This document shows positions 24,415 to 36,000 of a stretch of 38,336 nt of DNA, piece by piece. Every line of letters begins with the position of its first letter. Position 1 is the first letter of the stretch. The stretch covers positions 1-38,336 of the forward strand of contig LWCA01000229.1 of NCBI GenBank assembly GCA_001642005.1, in the 5' to 3' direction. The stretch is from Intoshia linei (Eukaryota; Animalia; Orthonectida). Under the pieces are notes generated by a model. The model was not told the origin of the DNA. It saw nothing but the letters and a program-made list of their open reading frames with translations, and did not search any database. The position numbers and the translations under genes are program-made.

Positions 24415-24710
24415 TTAGGTCATTCACAAAGTAATATCGTTTTTATAACTATAATTAAAACTTCTATAATAATAATTTTAATTAACCTTTATTCTACAAA
24501 ATATTCTCCATTGCATTCAACAATTCTTCTCCAACGTTCCGGTAGCTTCTTAATTCCATTATGAAAAAAACTGGCTTTTATTTGTCAAAAAGTTATCAAT
24601 GTCAGATTTTAAATGCTCAATTGAATCGTATTTTTTCCAAGGTAATGGTTACTCATCGACCTAAAAAAGTGATAGTCAGAAGGAGTAATGTCTGGAGAAT
24701 ATGGTGGTGA
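24415..24710 (-). mobile_element. Mariner 3' fragment (frameshifted transposase C-terminus plus one TIR)
   Basis: PPYSPDITPSDYH...NGIKKLPERWRRIVECNGEYFVE*. The end TA|TTAGGTCATTCACAAAGTAATATCGTTTT resembles Hsmar1-type TIRs. It is truncated where R1 begins. Confidence 0.88.
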
Positions 24711-25668
24711 ATATTTTTATAAAGTCCACATTTCAATTACAGTTTTTTTAGGGGTGTTAGCAAAATAAATTTCAACCTATCAAACTCACATCTTACGGAT
24801 CAAAAACCCCAATTGTCCTTTTTTTATATAAAATCAAACGAATTGGAGAATTAAAAATAAAATATACTCTGGTACGGATTTTAAAATGAAATTTAAATTT
24901 AAAAAAATTATATCTTCAGGGCTAAAACTCCAAATTACCGTTTTTTTATGAAACCAGCCCTAGAATTTAAAAAAATTTACAGGTGGTACAATTGTATCAT
25001 GTTAACACACACAAAAAATTTCAATCCGAGTAAGTGACGACTTCACGGTCAAAAAAGCATTTTAGCATTCATATATATTTTTTCCGAAATATTTTATTAA
25101 AGCAAATAATGTGAAATAATTAACGGTCCGAAAATTAAAAAAAATAGATTATTCTGATAGAGTTTATTCCAGTTGATATAAATAAAAAAGTTCAACCCCA
25201 GAAATGTACGCATTCCCAGTGAAAAATAATTTTTAATATATTATCAACCAGTATTTTTCAAATATTTCGATTAAAATAATTAATTGAAAATGTAAATATT
25301 GATCCTACAATTTCAAAAAAAAATTTGCATTGAACGTCTACACATTTCTAATAAAAAAATATGGGCGAAAATCGATATAATTCATTCCTTCGGAATTTTT
25401 TTCATTGCTACGTAATTTTTAAATTTCAAATTCTCATTTTCAAAACATTTTGTATAAAATTAAATTAAAACTACAACAACAATTACTAAAAGTAATACAA
25501 CTTTGTTATAATCATTTTTATATTTATTACAATCCTTTCCAATATTTGTAAAATTTGACTGAAATATGTTTATAAAGTGAAAATTCTGTTAATTATTGAT
25601 ACGTAATTGGTATTTTTAAGTATTTATTAAATTGGTACTGAATATATGTCATCACATTGAAAATGACA
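24710..25668 (+). repeat. R1 copy D (longest)
   Basis: Matches copies A, E and F; ends at ...CATCACATTGAAAATGACA. Confidence 0.9.
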
Positions 25669-26061
25669 AAATAAGTTTTTATAATTTTATTTTTTCTGAA
25701 ATTTATGCTATTTATGACAATTTTTAGGATTGGACTGTTTTTACTTTATTTTTAATATTATACACATATTCTGTCTAATACATTAAAAAAAATTGCTTTT
25801 AAAATTTTAAAATACTATGAAAAACATAAAAAATCATGGGCGAATAACGGAGGTTTTACTGTATTACATATTTGCTTAATTTTTTAGTTAAAAAAATACA
25901 TCAAGAAGCTCGGTCCGAAATCCAGTCTCGGTAAAACTACCTACCGTTTTATATTCATAAAAATCTACCAAGTTGGTGATGTTATAATAATAAATACAAA
26001 AAAGCTTTAATGAATTTACTGTATTCTATAAATAATTTGTAATGTTTGTACAAAATGATTG

Positions 26062-26159
26062 TTATTCTTAATCCTGTGTGTATATTCAATTTGAAACTAG
26101 CTGGACAATCAATGCATTATCCAAATGTTGATGAATGTGTACTATTGGATTAAGAATAA
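26062..26159. promoter_or_regulatory. Inverted pair of K50 homeodomain sites within a perfect 13-bp inverted repeat
   Basis: TTATTCTTAATCC (26062-26074) and GGATTAAGAATAA (26147-26159). TAATCC is the Otx/bicoid-class site. Confidence 0.5.
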
Positions 26160-26401
26160 GAATAAACTATATGAACAAGTTCAATGGTAGCCTGTATTTG
26201 TATTGCAGTAGGAGAAAGATTGGCTAATTTTCCATTTTGAGAGTATTTGCATTTTCACGTTCATTAATATTATCCTAAATACGATTAAGTTTTCATTTCC
26301 TCATTTTATTTTTTTGGATTTATATACAAATCTCGTTTTAATACAGACTAAAGGTAATAAGTTGAGATTATTAGAAAAATATAATATTATTTAATGATTA
26401 G

Positions 26402-27226
26402 ATGGACTTTCCGTACATATATGGCAATATAAATAACACTAATAATGAAAATTATATGAATGCAAATCCTGATAAACATCCAAAACCGTCTCATGTTGAC
26501 GATTATAGATATATGTTTAATAATGGTGTAAACGCCAATTATACACCATACAATGGATATTTTACTCAAATGGCTCCCCCTCCACAATTTACCAATCCAA
26601 ATGTAAATGGTTTCAATAGTTACAATGAAAAATTTGGGTTTAATATGAGTAATTATGTCAATTTCCCCGAACCCAATATAAATATGAATGTTGAGGAGTA
26701 TTATGAAGAACCCAAAAAGAAAAGGCGAAAATCCATAAAGTGTAATTTTTCTTTAAGAAATTTTTAATCTTGTAATTTATTTAGATGGACCACCTACAAA
26801 GTGTAGAAGGGAGAGAACTACATTTAGTGGTCAGCAACTCAGTGTACTCATTAGCATTTTCAATAAAAATCAATATCCTGACATTTTTTTGAGGGAAGAT
26901 ATTGCTACTAAAATTAATATTTCCGAATCCAGAATTCAGGTAAAAATGTATATAATTATATATTATAATCAAATAGGTTTGGTTCAAAAATAGAAGAGCC
27001 AAATTTCGTTTAAATCAGCGTAAAGATAATAATGATGGTATTAATTATAATTACTTATTTATTAACATAATAAATTATAGATACAACAGTAGTATATAAA
27101 AATAAAGATAATAAACATTTGAACAAAACAAATCAAGATAAAAATATTGTGTTGAATCCGTCCATGTTTCAAAATAGTGTTTTTAACAAAAATTGTCTTT
27201 CAGATAATGTTAAACCGAATTTATAA
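26402..27226 (+). CDS. otx: Otx-like K50 PRD-class homeobox protein, paralog 1; exons 26402-26741, 26785-26939, 26977-27037, 27081-27226
   Basis: Homeodomain [46 protein letters not shown]^[26 protein letters not shown]50 and the PRD-class Q46/V47 intron are all present. Confidence 0.85.
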
Positions 27227-27644
27227 TTTTAATCAGTTTATGTATATTTAATTATCAATAAAAATGTTATCTTTAATTATATTTAATGTATGTTGGATGT
27301 TTGAGGTGTAATATTTCAGATACTGACTAAAATAACTAAATGTTACGGCACTGAAAAATATTTTTCAATATTTTAATTAGCAGCACAGCGTAATATTTAT
27401 ATTGTTCTACTCGGTAATTATGTCATGTACATTGTAAATTCTGCAATATGAACATTAAAATTTTATTTTAATTAAAATAAAAAATTTAATTTAACGAGAT
27501 AATTATTTTTTTTAAAACTCTCTATTCTGAACAATTTATTTAATTTTCGTTATTCATAATTTATACAAAATTCAACATATCAATGAGAATTAATAAATAT
27601 TATCATGTTGCAATGGTCTTAGACCCTGATCTACAGACCTCTAC

Positions 27645-27869
27645 CAAAGTTCTGCATCGGATCGTGTTGAGATGATATGTACGAACGAAACGATCAATTT
27701 ATGTCCGAAACACGATTAAAATTTAATCAAAAATAAATTAAATTAAGTTAAAAATTTAAAACATTAAATATTTAAATTTTGTAAACAAGATCTGAACACG
27801 AAATATAAATATTTTGTAAACACGATGCGAAAATCTTGTTCGGATCGTGTTGCAGAATATACTTCTCTA
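27645..27869. mobile_element. Small MITE-like element
   Basis: Flanked by the 8-bp direct repeat ACCTCTAC (27637-27644, 27870-27877). It carries repeated CGGATCGTGTT/AACACGA motifs in both orientations and TTCTGCA/TGCAGAA near the ends. Confidence 0.55.
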
Positions 27870-28121
27870 ACCTCTACTAAAAATATTTATTTTAAGCTAT
27901 AACTTGAAAAAATTCACCAGCTACAGAAAAAATATTATAAGGGCATCCCTACACAAGTATTTATAATTGACGGGTTAATTTTTAGAAATTACTCCAATTC
28001 GGAAAATTTAGAAATGAAAACCGCTAAAGCTACTATAATAGTGCTTGTGATTTCCGGGAAATTTCAAAAAAATAATAATTCAACGAATATATACTAAAAC
28101 TAGCTTGAAAATAACCTATTG

Positions 28122-28600
28122 TGTCATTTTCAATGTGATGACATATATTCAGTACCAATTTAATAAATACTAAAAAATACCAATTGTGTATCAATAATTA
28201 ACTGAATCTTCACTTTATAAACATTTCAGTCGAATTTTACCATTATTCCAAAGGATTGTAATATAAAAATGATATTAACAAAGTTTTTTTAGTTTCGTTG
28301 TTTAATTTTTTATTTAAAATTATTTTTCACCAGGAATGCGTAGATTTTTGGGGTTGAAATTTTGTATTTATATCAACTGGAATAAGCTCTATCAGAATAA
28401 TCTTTTTTTTTAATTTTCGGATTGTTAATTAATTCACATATTTTGTTTTAATAAAATATATCGGAAAAAAATATATGAATACTAAAATGCTTTTTTGACC
28501 GTGAAGTCGTCACTTATTCAGAAAAAATTCTAAGACGGGTAGTTATTTCAATAAAGTTGAACACACACACACAAAAAAATTGCGTAGCATATTATAATAT
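28122..28600 (-). repeat. R1 copy E (inverted, internally deleted)
   Basis: Starts with TGTCATTTTCAATGTGATG, the reverse complement of the copy D end. It shares its other end with copy F. Confidence 0.9.
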
Positions 28601-29941
28601 GTTCACCATTAAGCAACAGTGGAGAGTGGCCAGACTTAAATGTTGATATTCTCAAAGTTTTATTCAAACGGTTAGAACACATATAAATTATGCATGTTCA
28701 TTGAATTGATTTTAAATGGACAAAATCAACTGTAGAACATTTTAAAAGGACATTTTTTCATAACCAAAAAATTAAACCTCAAACCTTTTATTGTTCATTA
28801 CATTAATTTACACTAAATTGAATATATTTAGCTTAAATTAAAATGAATATTAATCAAAGAATATGCATAATTTCACATTTAATAATCAGCATAAAAGAAA
28901 AAAATTTTGCATTTTAAATTGAGAAATTAAGCAGTTATATTTTAATTAATTATGGAAATACAATACTAAACAAATATATGCTAGTGCAAGTTATTAAATT
29001 TAACTTAAATCCTTGAATTATGTACATTGTACAATGTACAGCTAGGATTAATTGTTCAGCTGAATAAAATTGGATCTATTAAATTAACATGTAAGTAAAA
29101 TCATCATTTATTTGTATTTATCATTTTTCTTTGTATGCGAAATTATTCGTTTACAATTTCCCGTAAATAATAGATGTTATAAATTCGGAAATTTTTGACA
29201 TAACAATTAACAATTGACATAAATCAACATTGTTTTTACACTGATGTACTTGTCATTTACTTGAAAATTGAAGTGTTTTTAAACCTCTTGAAAACAATAA
29301 TAAAACATAGAAATATTCAATTCAATGAACATTGTTCGTTTAACTAATAGAAAATCTAAAACCTATGAATTATACCAGTTACATTAAAAAAATGTATATT
29401 TAAAAATGTGACAAGTTATAGATAATACTAACGTGTATTCGATCTTTATTAGTATTAATGCAATATCTAAACATTTTCAAATTCTTACAAATTAATAAAT
29501 TTTAGGGTTCATAAATGGACATAAAAATACAAATATTGGTGTTTTAATACGATGGTTATTCATTAATCCTATTTCCGTTTCCAATTCTTGATAACAGAAT
29601 CGCATGTTCATCAAGTCAGTAGAATTAATATTTCAATTAAAATACATAATATGACTCAACCATTAAGGCTATTTATTAGTTTATTACTCCTGCCAACAAT
29701 TTTTCTGAGTCAATAAAATGTCGTGATAATCCGCACCAACTCGAAATGATCGTATGAATATCTTGACAACTTGATAGTTTAACTCATAAGTCACGCCCAA
29801 TTCTATATTTACAACAATAATATGAGTACAATAATTACTTTTCATTTCATCAATCTAATTTTACATAAATTTTTATTATTACTATATTAAAATCAACATA
29901 ATGTAAGTAAATATGTTTCTTCATATACATATTAAACTTAG

Positions 29942-30907
29942 ATGGATTTGAAACCGATATATACAAATTTGAAGAACGTGAATCTCCAAAACGAAGATAG
30001 TGACGAGGAAGCACACATAAAGTCTTATCCTAAATATGAATTGTCACACATTCTGAATAATGAATATGTTGATAACATCAGAAATGCCAAATTTTCTGAA
30101 ACATTCCAAGTATTACCTCGAAATGGCTCGATACCTCCAAATTTTCCTATCCAGCATGAGGAATTTCATCCGTTTCCAGAAAAGCCAATATACTCTAGCC
30201 AATTTTCTAATATGAATTATGAAATGAACCGGACATATAATAATACTCTCAATTCGTACCGTGGATATTACAATTTTCCACCAATGAATGTTCCTCAACA
30301 GTTTATACATCCCAGTCCAAATTTTAAATTTAATAATCAATCGCAAATAGCTGAATTAAATGTCAGAAACTATATAAACTGTCATGAGATAATTGAAAAA
30401 AATGTAGATGAATTACCTATGCCAAAACAGAAAAAAAGAAAAGCAAAGTCTGGTAAGTGTTAATGTTAGTTAATAAATTTAAATGATTGTAATAAAAATA
30501 TTTAGATGGTGGTCCAAAGGTTAGAAGAGAACGGACAACATTTACGAGCCAACAGGTTAGCATGTTACTGAATGTTTTCCGAAATTCTCAATATCCAGAC
30601 GTAATTATGAGAGAAAATATCGCCAACAGATTCAGAATTTCAGAATCAAAAATTCAAGTTTGGTTCAAAAATAGAAGGGCCAAAATTAGACTCACTAAGC
30701 AAAAGAATGAAGCAAAAAGTTTATCATTTATTTTTTTTTAAATTTAATTATTTAGATGAGACCAAGTGTCCTAAAATTCAAGATCCAAATGAAGAATCGT
30801 GTAAAGTGGACCAATTGATAAATTTAAGTGATAATATATTAGACGCAACTATGATTAATGACAGCGTTTTTAAGAAAAATTCAATTTCAAATGATATTGA
30901 TAATTAA
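29942..30907 (+). CDS. otx: Otx-like K50 homeobox protein, paralog 2; exons 29942-30452, 30506-30718, 30756-30907
   Basis: Homeodomain [57 protein letters not shown]. The flanking intron phases, upstream basic NLS and SVFxKN C-terminal motif are shared with paralog 1. Confidence 0.8.
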
Positions 30908-31994
30908 AGGATATCTAATGTTAAATGTGATAGTTTATTAAATTTTATATTTACATTCTTTCAATTTTAACAATGGAAAAATACACTGGAAATTGATTAC
31001 AACTACTTGATCATCTTTTTTGTTAATCAAAACAAACAAATATTCACATTAGGGCTATTCAAAAATGAATATTTTAATTTTAAAAATATTGGTTCAATGA
31101 TAATATATTAAGTTATTTTTAACCGGAAATACGTGATTTCTGGAGATGAAATTTTATTTCTATATACTATTAACTGGAGATAACAGTGTATTCTATAATT
31201 TTTTTTAAAATTCTAGGACTATTTTTATTTTTAAAAAAATGGTAATCCGAGGGTTTGATATGAAAAAAAACTTTTTTGGGATTGCAATTTATGATAATGT
31301 TTATATAATATAATAAAAAAAATGACAATTAATTAATTTTTTTTACACTACCCACAATTAATGTTGAATAAATTCGATAGTGTATAAGGTAGTTTCCCAA
31401 ATTTTCGAAAAAATTGCAAATAATGGATTTCAAAATTAATTTAAAGTGTATTTAATTGATTTAAATTTTAGAATAATTAAACATCAAATAAACTAAAAAT
31501 TATGTATAAACAATTTAGTTGACAATTTCGCATTATGCATATTGAATTTCACGTGATAAGCCAGAGGATTAACAAACCGGATACTGTTAATTAATAGTAA
31601 TCCTTAACTGATTTAGCTAATAATTTTGACAAAATTAATTAACAAGCAAAAATGAGTTTATGGAAAATTAATTGAATCTATCATTACAATTTAATAAGTT
31701 TTTATTTATAATGAAATTTACAATAATAATTACATAAATCTGGGTTTGAAGAAATTAATTAATTAATAAAAATTACATTATTGTACTAAAAATGTATACA
31801 TTTGAAACACTGCTGTAAATTAGATGATTATTTTGTAGTTTACCGTAAATTATCACATAATTTTGAATTTCTAATTTTCACTTTAGGTAAATTACCGTTA
31901 ATTGAAAAATAGCTTAAATCGTATTAATTATTTTATTATTAATATTTTCTTTATGTATATGATATCATATTTAATACATTTTATGTATCATTTA

Positions 31995-32385
31995 ATATGT
32001 ATGACTTTTTGGCATGCATCGATTGACCAACTACAGTGATCGGAGCAGAAGCTTAAACAGTTAGAAATTTTTTTTCACATAAAACCTGGGTCTTGGGCTA
32101 ACTGCATAACATTTTATTCCGTTTTCTATAAGCCTCATATGAACTGTGTTGTTGCTTGCATTTATGGTCCATTGCGTTTTTAATTGGGATAAACTCATTT
32201 GAGGTTGAATTTGATGTAATCTAGTAAGATTTTTGTCGTCGCGGATATCAGATAACCTTCTTCGACCAGTTCTCCCACTTATTTAATTACTTCTATTTTC
32301 CCGGAGCCGTTTTAAGGTTTTAGAAATAGTTATTTAGAGCCGCCACTTGTTTGCCATTTTCACGCAATGATTTTCCTTCGTATAA
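31995..32385 (-). pseudogene. Degenerate Tc1-like transposase N-terminal fragment
   Basis: EGKSLRE...TISKTLKR...RTGRRRLSDIRDDKNLTRL...ASNNTVHMRLIENG...HCSWSIDACQKVI, with frameshifts and stops. This is the typical Tc1 HTH-GRPR-HTH layout. Confidence 0.7.
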
Positions 32386-33012
32386 TTTTATTAAAATTTT
32401 AAAATTTATTATTGATGATTTAATTCTGTTTTGAAAAGAATCAGATGAAATCTATAAATTTAATTATGAATTATTTCAAATTTATGATGGTGTTGACGTA
32501 CTTTTGAATCGTTCATTTGTCAAAATTTAATATAATTGTATTTTGTTTTTATTTCAATTAATTTAAAAAAATAAAGCAAAAACTGAATTTATTTTTTTAT
32601 TATCTCAACCATATCCATAACTATAATGACCATAAAATTGAATCAAAAATTATAATTACATTTACTAATAAATTGAAAAACATGCTAAATATTTAAAAAT
32701 ATTTTTAGTGTTGACTTAATTTTGAATGTAATTGCTGTATATGATAAAATTAAAAGTATGAAAATTGATGAAATGTTGATTTAAAATATTGAATCAGTCT
32801 CAGGCAAAGATTCTCAGTAAATCAAAAACTAAGTAATATATGAAAAATTTACCCATGTTGAAACACTACCTGACTATATTTAGTTTTTCAAGTTATTGAA
32901 ATGTATTGCATATTTTTAAATTTCTAAAAAAAATTAAATAAATTTAAAATGACTTTACTTAAAATTGTTATGTTTGTGCTTGGTAACTTTAATAGAATTC
33001 CATAAAGCGTTC

Positions 33013-36000
33013 ATGACAGATTCAAACGATCCTTGTTTATTTCAGCAATTCAAAGGACATTATTCTAGTGTCACATGTCTAGATTTTAACTCTGAAACTC
33101 GTCAACTAGGTATCATAAAATAAATATTAATGTTACAGTGAAGCTTCCGGTTCACTCGACAAATGTGTAATGTTGTGGAATATTAATCCAAAATCCAGAT
33201 CATACCGCTACGTTGGACACCAAGTAAACTAATTTTTAACAATTTTGGTGCTATTAACTTTATTCTGTATTTAGGATGTAGTATATTGTGTTAGATTCAA
33301 CCCAACTGCATCCATTCTCGCTTCATGCTCTCGAGACAAAACAGTTCGTTTGTGGAAGCCAAGCATGTATCTTTTTTCATTTAATTACAAATACAAATGT
33401 TATTATAACAAATTAGAAAAGGTGAAAGTTCTATATTCAAACCACATTCTGCAGCCATTCGATGTGTGGACTTTTCTTATGATTCTTCTTATATCTGTAC
33501 AGCTTCAGATGATAAATCGGTTAAAGTAATGTTTTTATTAAAAACTAGTTTCACTGCTTTTGTGCTCAGTACAAACAGCATTTTCTATTTTAATTTTATT
33601 ATCCGAAAAAATAAAAGTAATGTAACTTCTTACTACAGTGTATTACAAAGGTTAGTACTGTATTTAAATTTATCATTCTTTTTTTATTAGCGGTGGTTCT
33701 CAAACCTTTTTTAGCAAAGACCAGTCATTTCATATTAAATTTTTGTGTGACCATTAATTGAATTAATTTTTAAAAAATATATTATTATTATCACTACATT
33801 ACATTTTTACGTTATTTCAATAAAAAATATAATTAACCCATTTTCTCCCATGTCAATTTTTGAATTTTTTTTCTCCGATTCTAATAAAATTTTAGAATTT
33901 TATTAATCAAAAATCAGTTCATATAACCAATGCCAAACATACCGTAACCCAAGACCCTATTCGGGACCTCGACGAAATTTTTATAAAATGGTTGCCACAT
34001 TTTCCAAATTGAGCATTAAAAAAATTATATTCTTCAATGTCATAATTATTTTTTGTGTTTAAAAAATTAAATTTAAAATATTAAATCATGCGCATTAGAG
34101 AAATGGCTAGTAGCTATATGACCCTACGCATCATTTGTGTAAAATTTTTTTACGGGCTTTTTTTTGTTTTCGCGTGGCTTCGAGCTGGGTATGTTCGGCT
34201 CTGCATACAACCATTAAAGTAAAATTTTACTACATCTATTACTATGTATTACCAAACATTTACATTACCACAGCAGTTATGGATCCTATATTCTAATCTC
34301 CATTCGATCTAAGTGAAAGCGCTATTTAATAATAATTCCATCATATTCGTAGATTTTGAAATTAATTAATGGCATGAATTCAGCCAGAGGCGAACCTATC
34401 CATACTAAAGCGCCCGAAAATAAAAATCAAGAAATTTTTCGCAAATGATGCTTAATGACAGATATCGCTAGCCACCTCTCCACCGGTCTGGTCCAGAGTT
34501 GCCAGATATAAAGTTAAATTCTTCATTTAAAAACCATTATTTTGAAATCTGTGTTTTCGAAGTGTACAATTGTTCTTTGCTGAAATAGTTCCATAAATTA
34601 ATGATAAATTTAACTCTAACAATTGAAAAGAATTTGTATTTTAATTATAATTCGTGGAAATTGAATTTATTGGAAATTTTGCATCTTAAAATTTTAAAGT
34701 TACCAGAAAATTGCTTCTCGGAGCAGTTCTATAACAACGATTTGTTTTAATAAAATATTTCGAAAAAAAATATATGAATACTAAAATGTTTTTTTGACCG
34801 TGAAGTCGTCACTTATTCGGATTGAAATTTTCTGTGTGTGTTAACAAGATACAACTGTACAACCTGTAAATTTTTTTAAATTTAAATTTATGATAATGTT
34901 TATGATTTTAAAATCCGCATCAGCATATATATTTTTTTTCAATTCTCTAACTTGTTTGATTTTCAAAAAGAGGGACAACTTGGGTTTTTGACCCGTAAGA
35001 TGTGAAATTGGGAGGTTGAAATTATGTTTCCGCACACCCCGGAAAAAACTGTAATTGAAATGTTGACTTTATAAAATTCTAAGACGGGTAGTTATTTAAA
35101 TAAAGCGTAAAACACACACAAAAAAATCACGTACCATATTATATAAGTTAGGATTAGCCACTCCAAAAATGTCACAATTTAACTCAATAATTTTAAATTT
35201 AATAAAAGAATATTTAAATCATAGAAACATTTATTTTGATGAAATTTAAGTTTTATACGAATAATTTTTATTTATTGTCATATTAAAACTTTATCTCTCT
35301 AAATTTTCGTCATTTTGTAAGATTAGAGATACTGTATGTTAATTTCTTAGATTTTTAATCTAAAATGTATACTAAAAATAATTTTTACATTGAATAATCA
35401 TCAAATCACTGTAAAACAATCTCATAAATATTAAATTTGATAAAAAAAATTTTAAGATGCAAAATTTCCAATAAATTTAATTTTAATTTAATTTTCCACC
35501 AATTTTAATTAAAATACACATTCATATCAATTGTTGGAGTTAAATTTAGCATTAATTTATAGAACTATTTCAGCAAAAAACAATTGTACATTTCGAAAAC
35601 ACAGATTTCAAAATGATGGTTTTTAAATGAAGAATTTAACTTTATATCTGGCAAATCTGGTCTGGCTTGACAATTTAAATTTTACACACAAAATACTTAC
35701 TAATGATATTTAAAAATTTCTTCAAAAATTAAAAAAGTTTGAATATCTTGAATTTGTAGTCATTCAACGCAGGTTCAATATTATTATTGAATTATTTTTT
35801 TATCAAATTTGTAGGTTTGGACAACCGACCAACATAAATTTGTTTGCTCGTTTACTGGCCATTTGAATTGGGTTCGGTGTGCTGTGTTTAGTTATGATAC
35901 TCGAAATGTAGCATCTTGCAGTGATGATCATACTATCAAAATATGTAATATGGCAAGTGGGAGCGTTGTCTCAAATTTTGTTGTTCCCGGTGTCACTTTT

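Noticed and set aside
26387-30346. Antisense ORFs over the Otx genes (26387-26587, 26781-27002, 30113-30346)
   Set aside because: They are shadows of Asn/Tyr-rich sense coding sequence with no independent signal.
33466-33690. ORF extending beyond the POC1 exon
   Set aside because: It is read-through into the intron after SVK|GTAATG; WD40 homology resumes at 35815.
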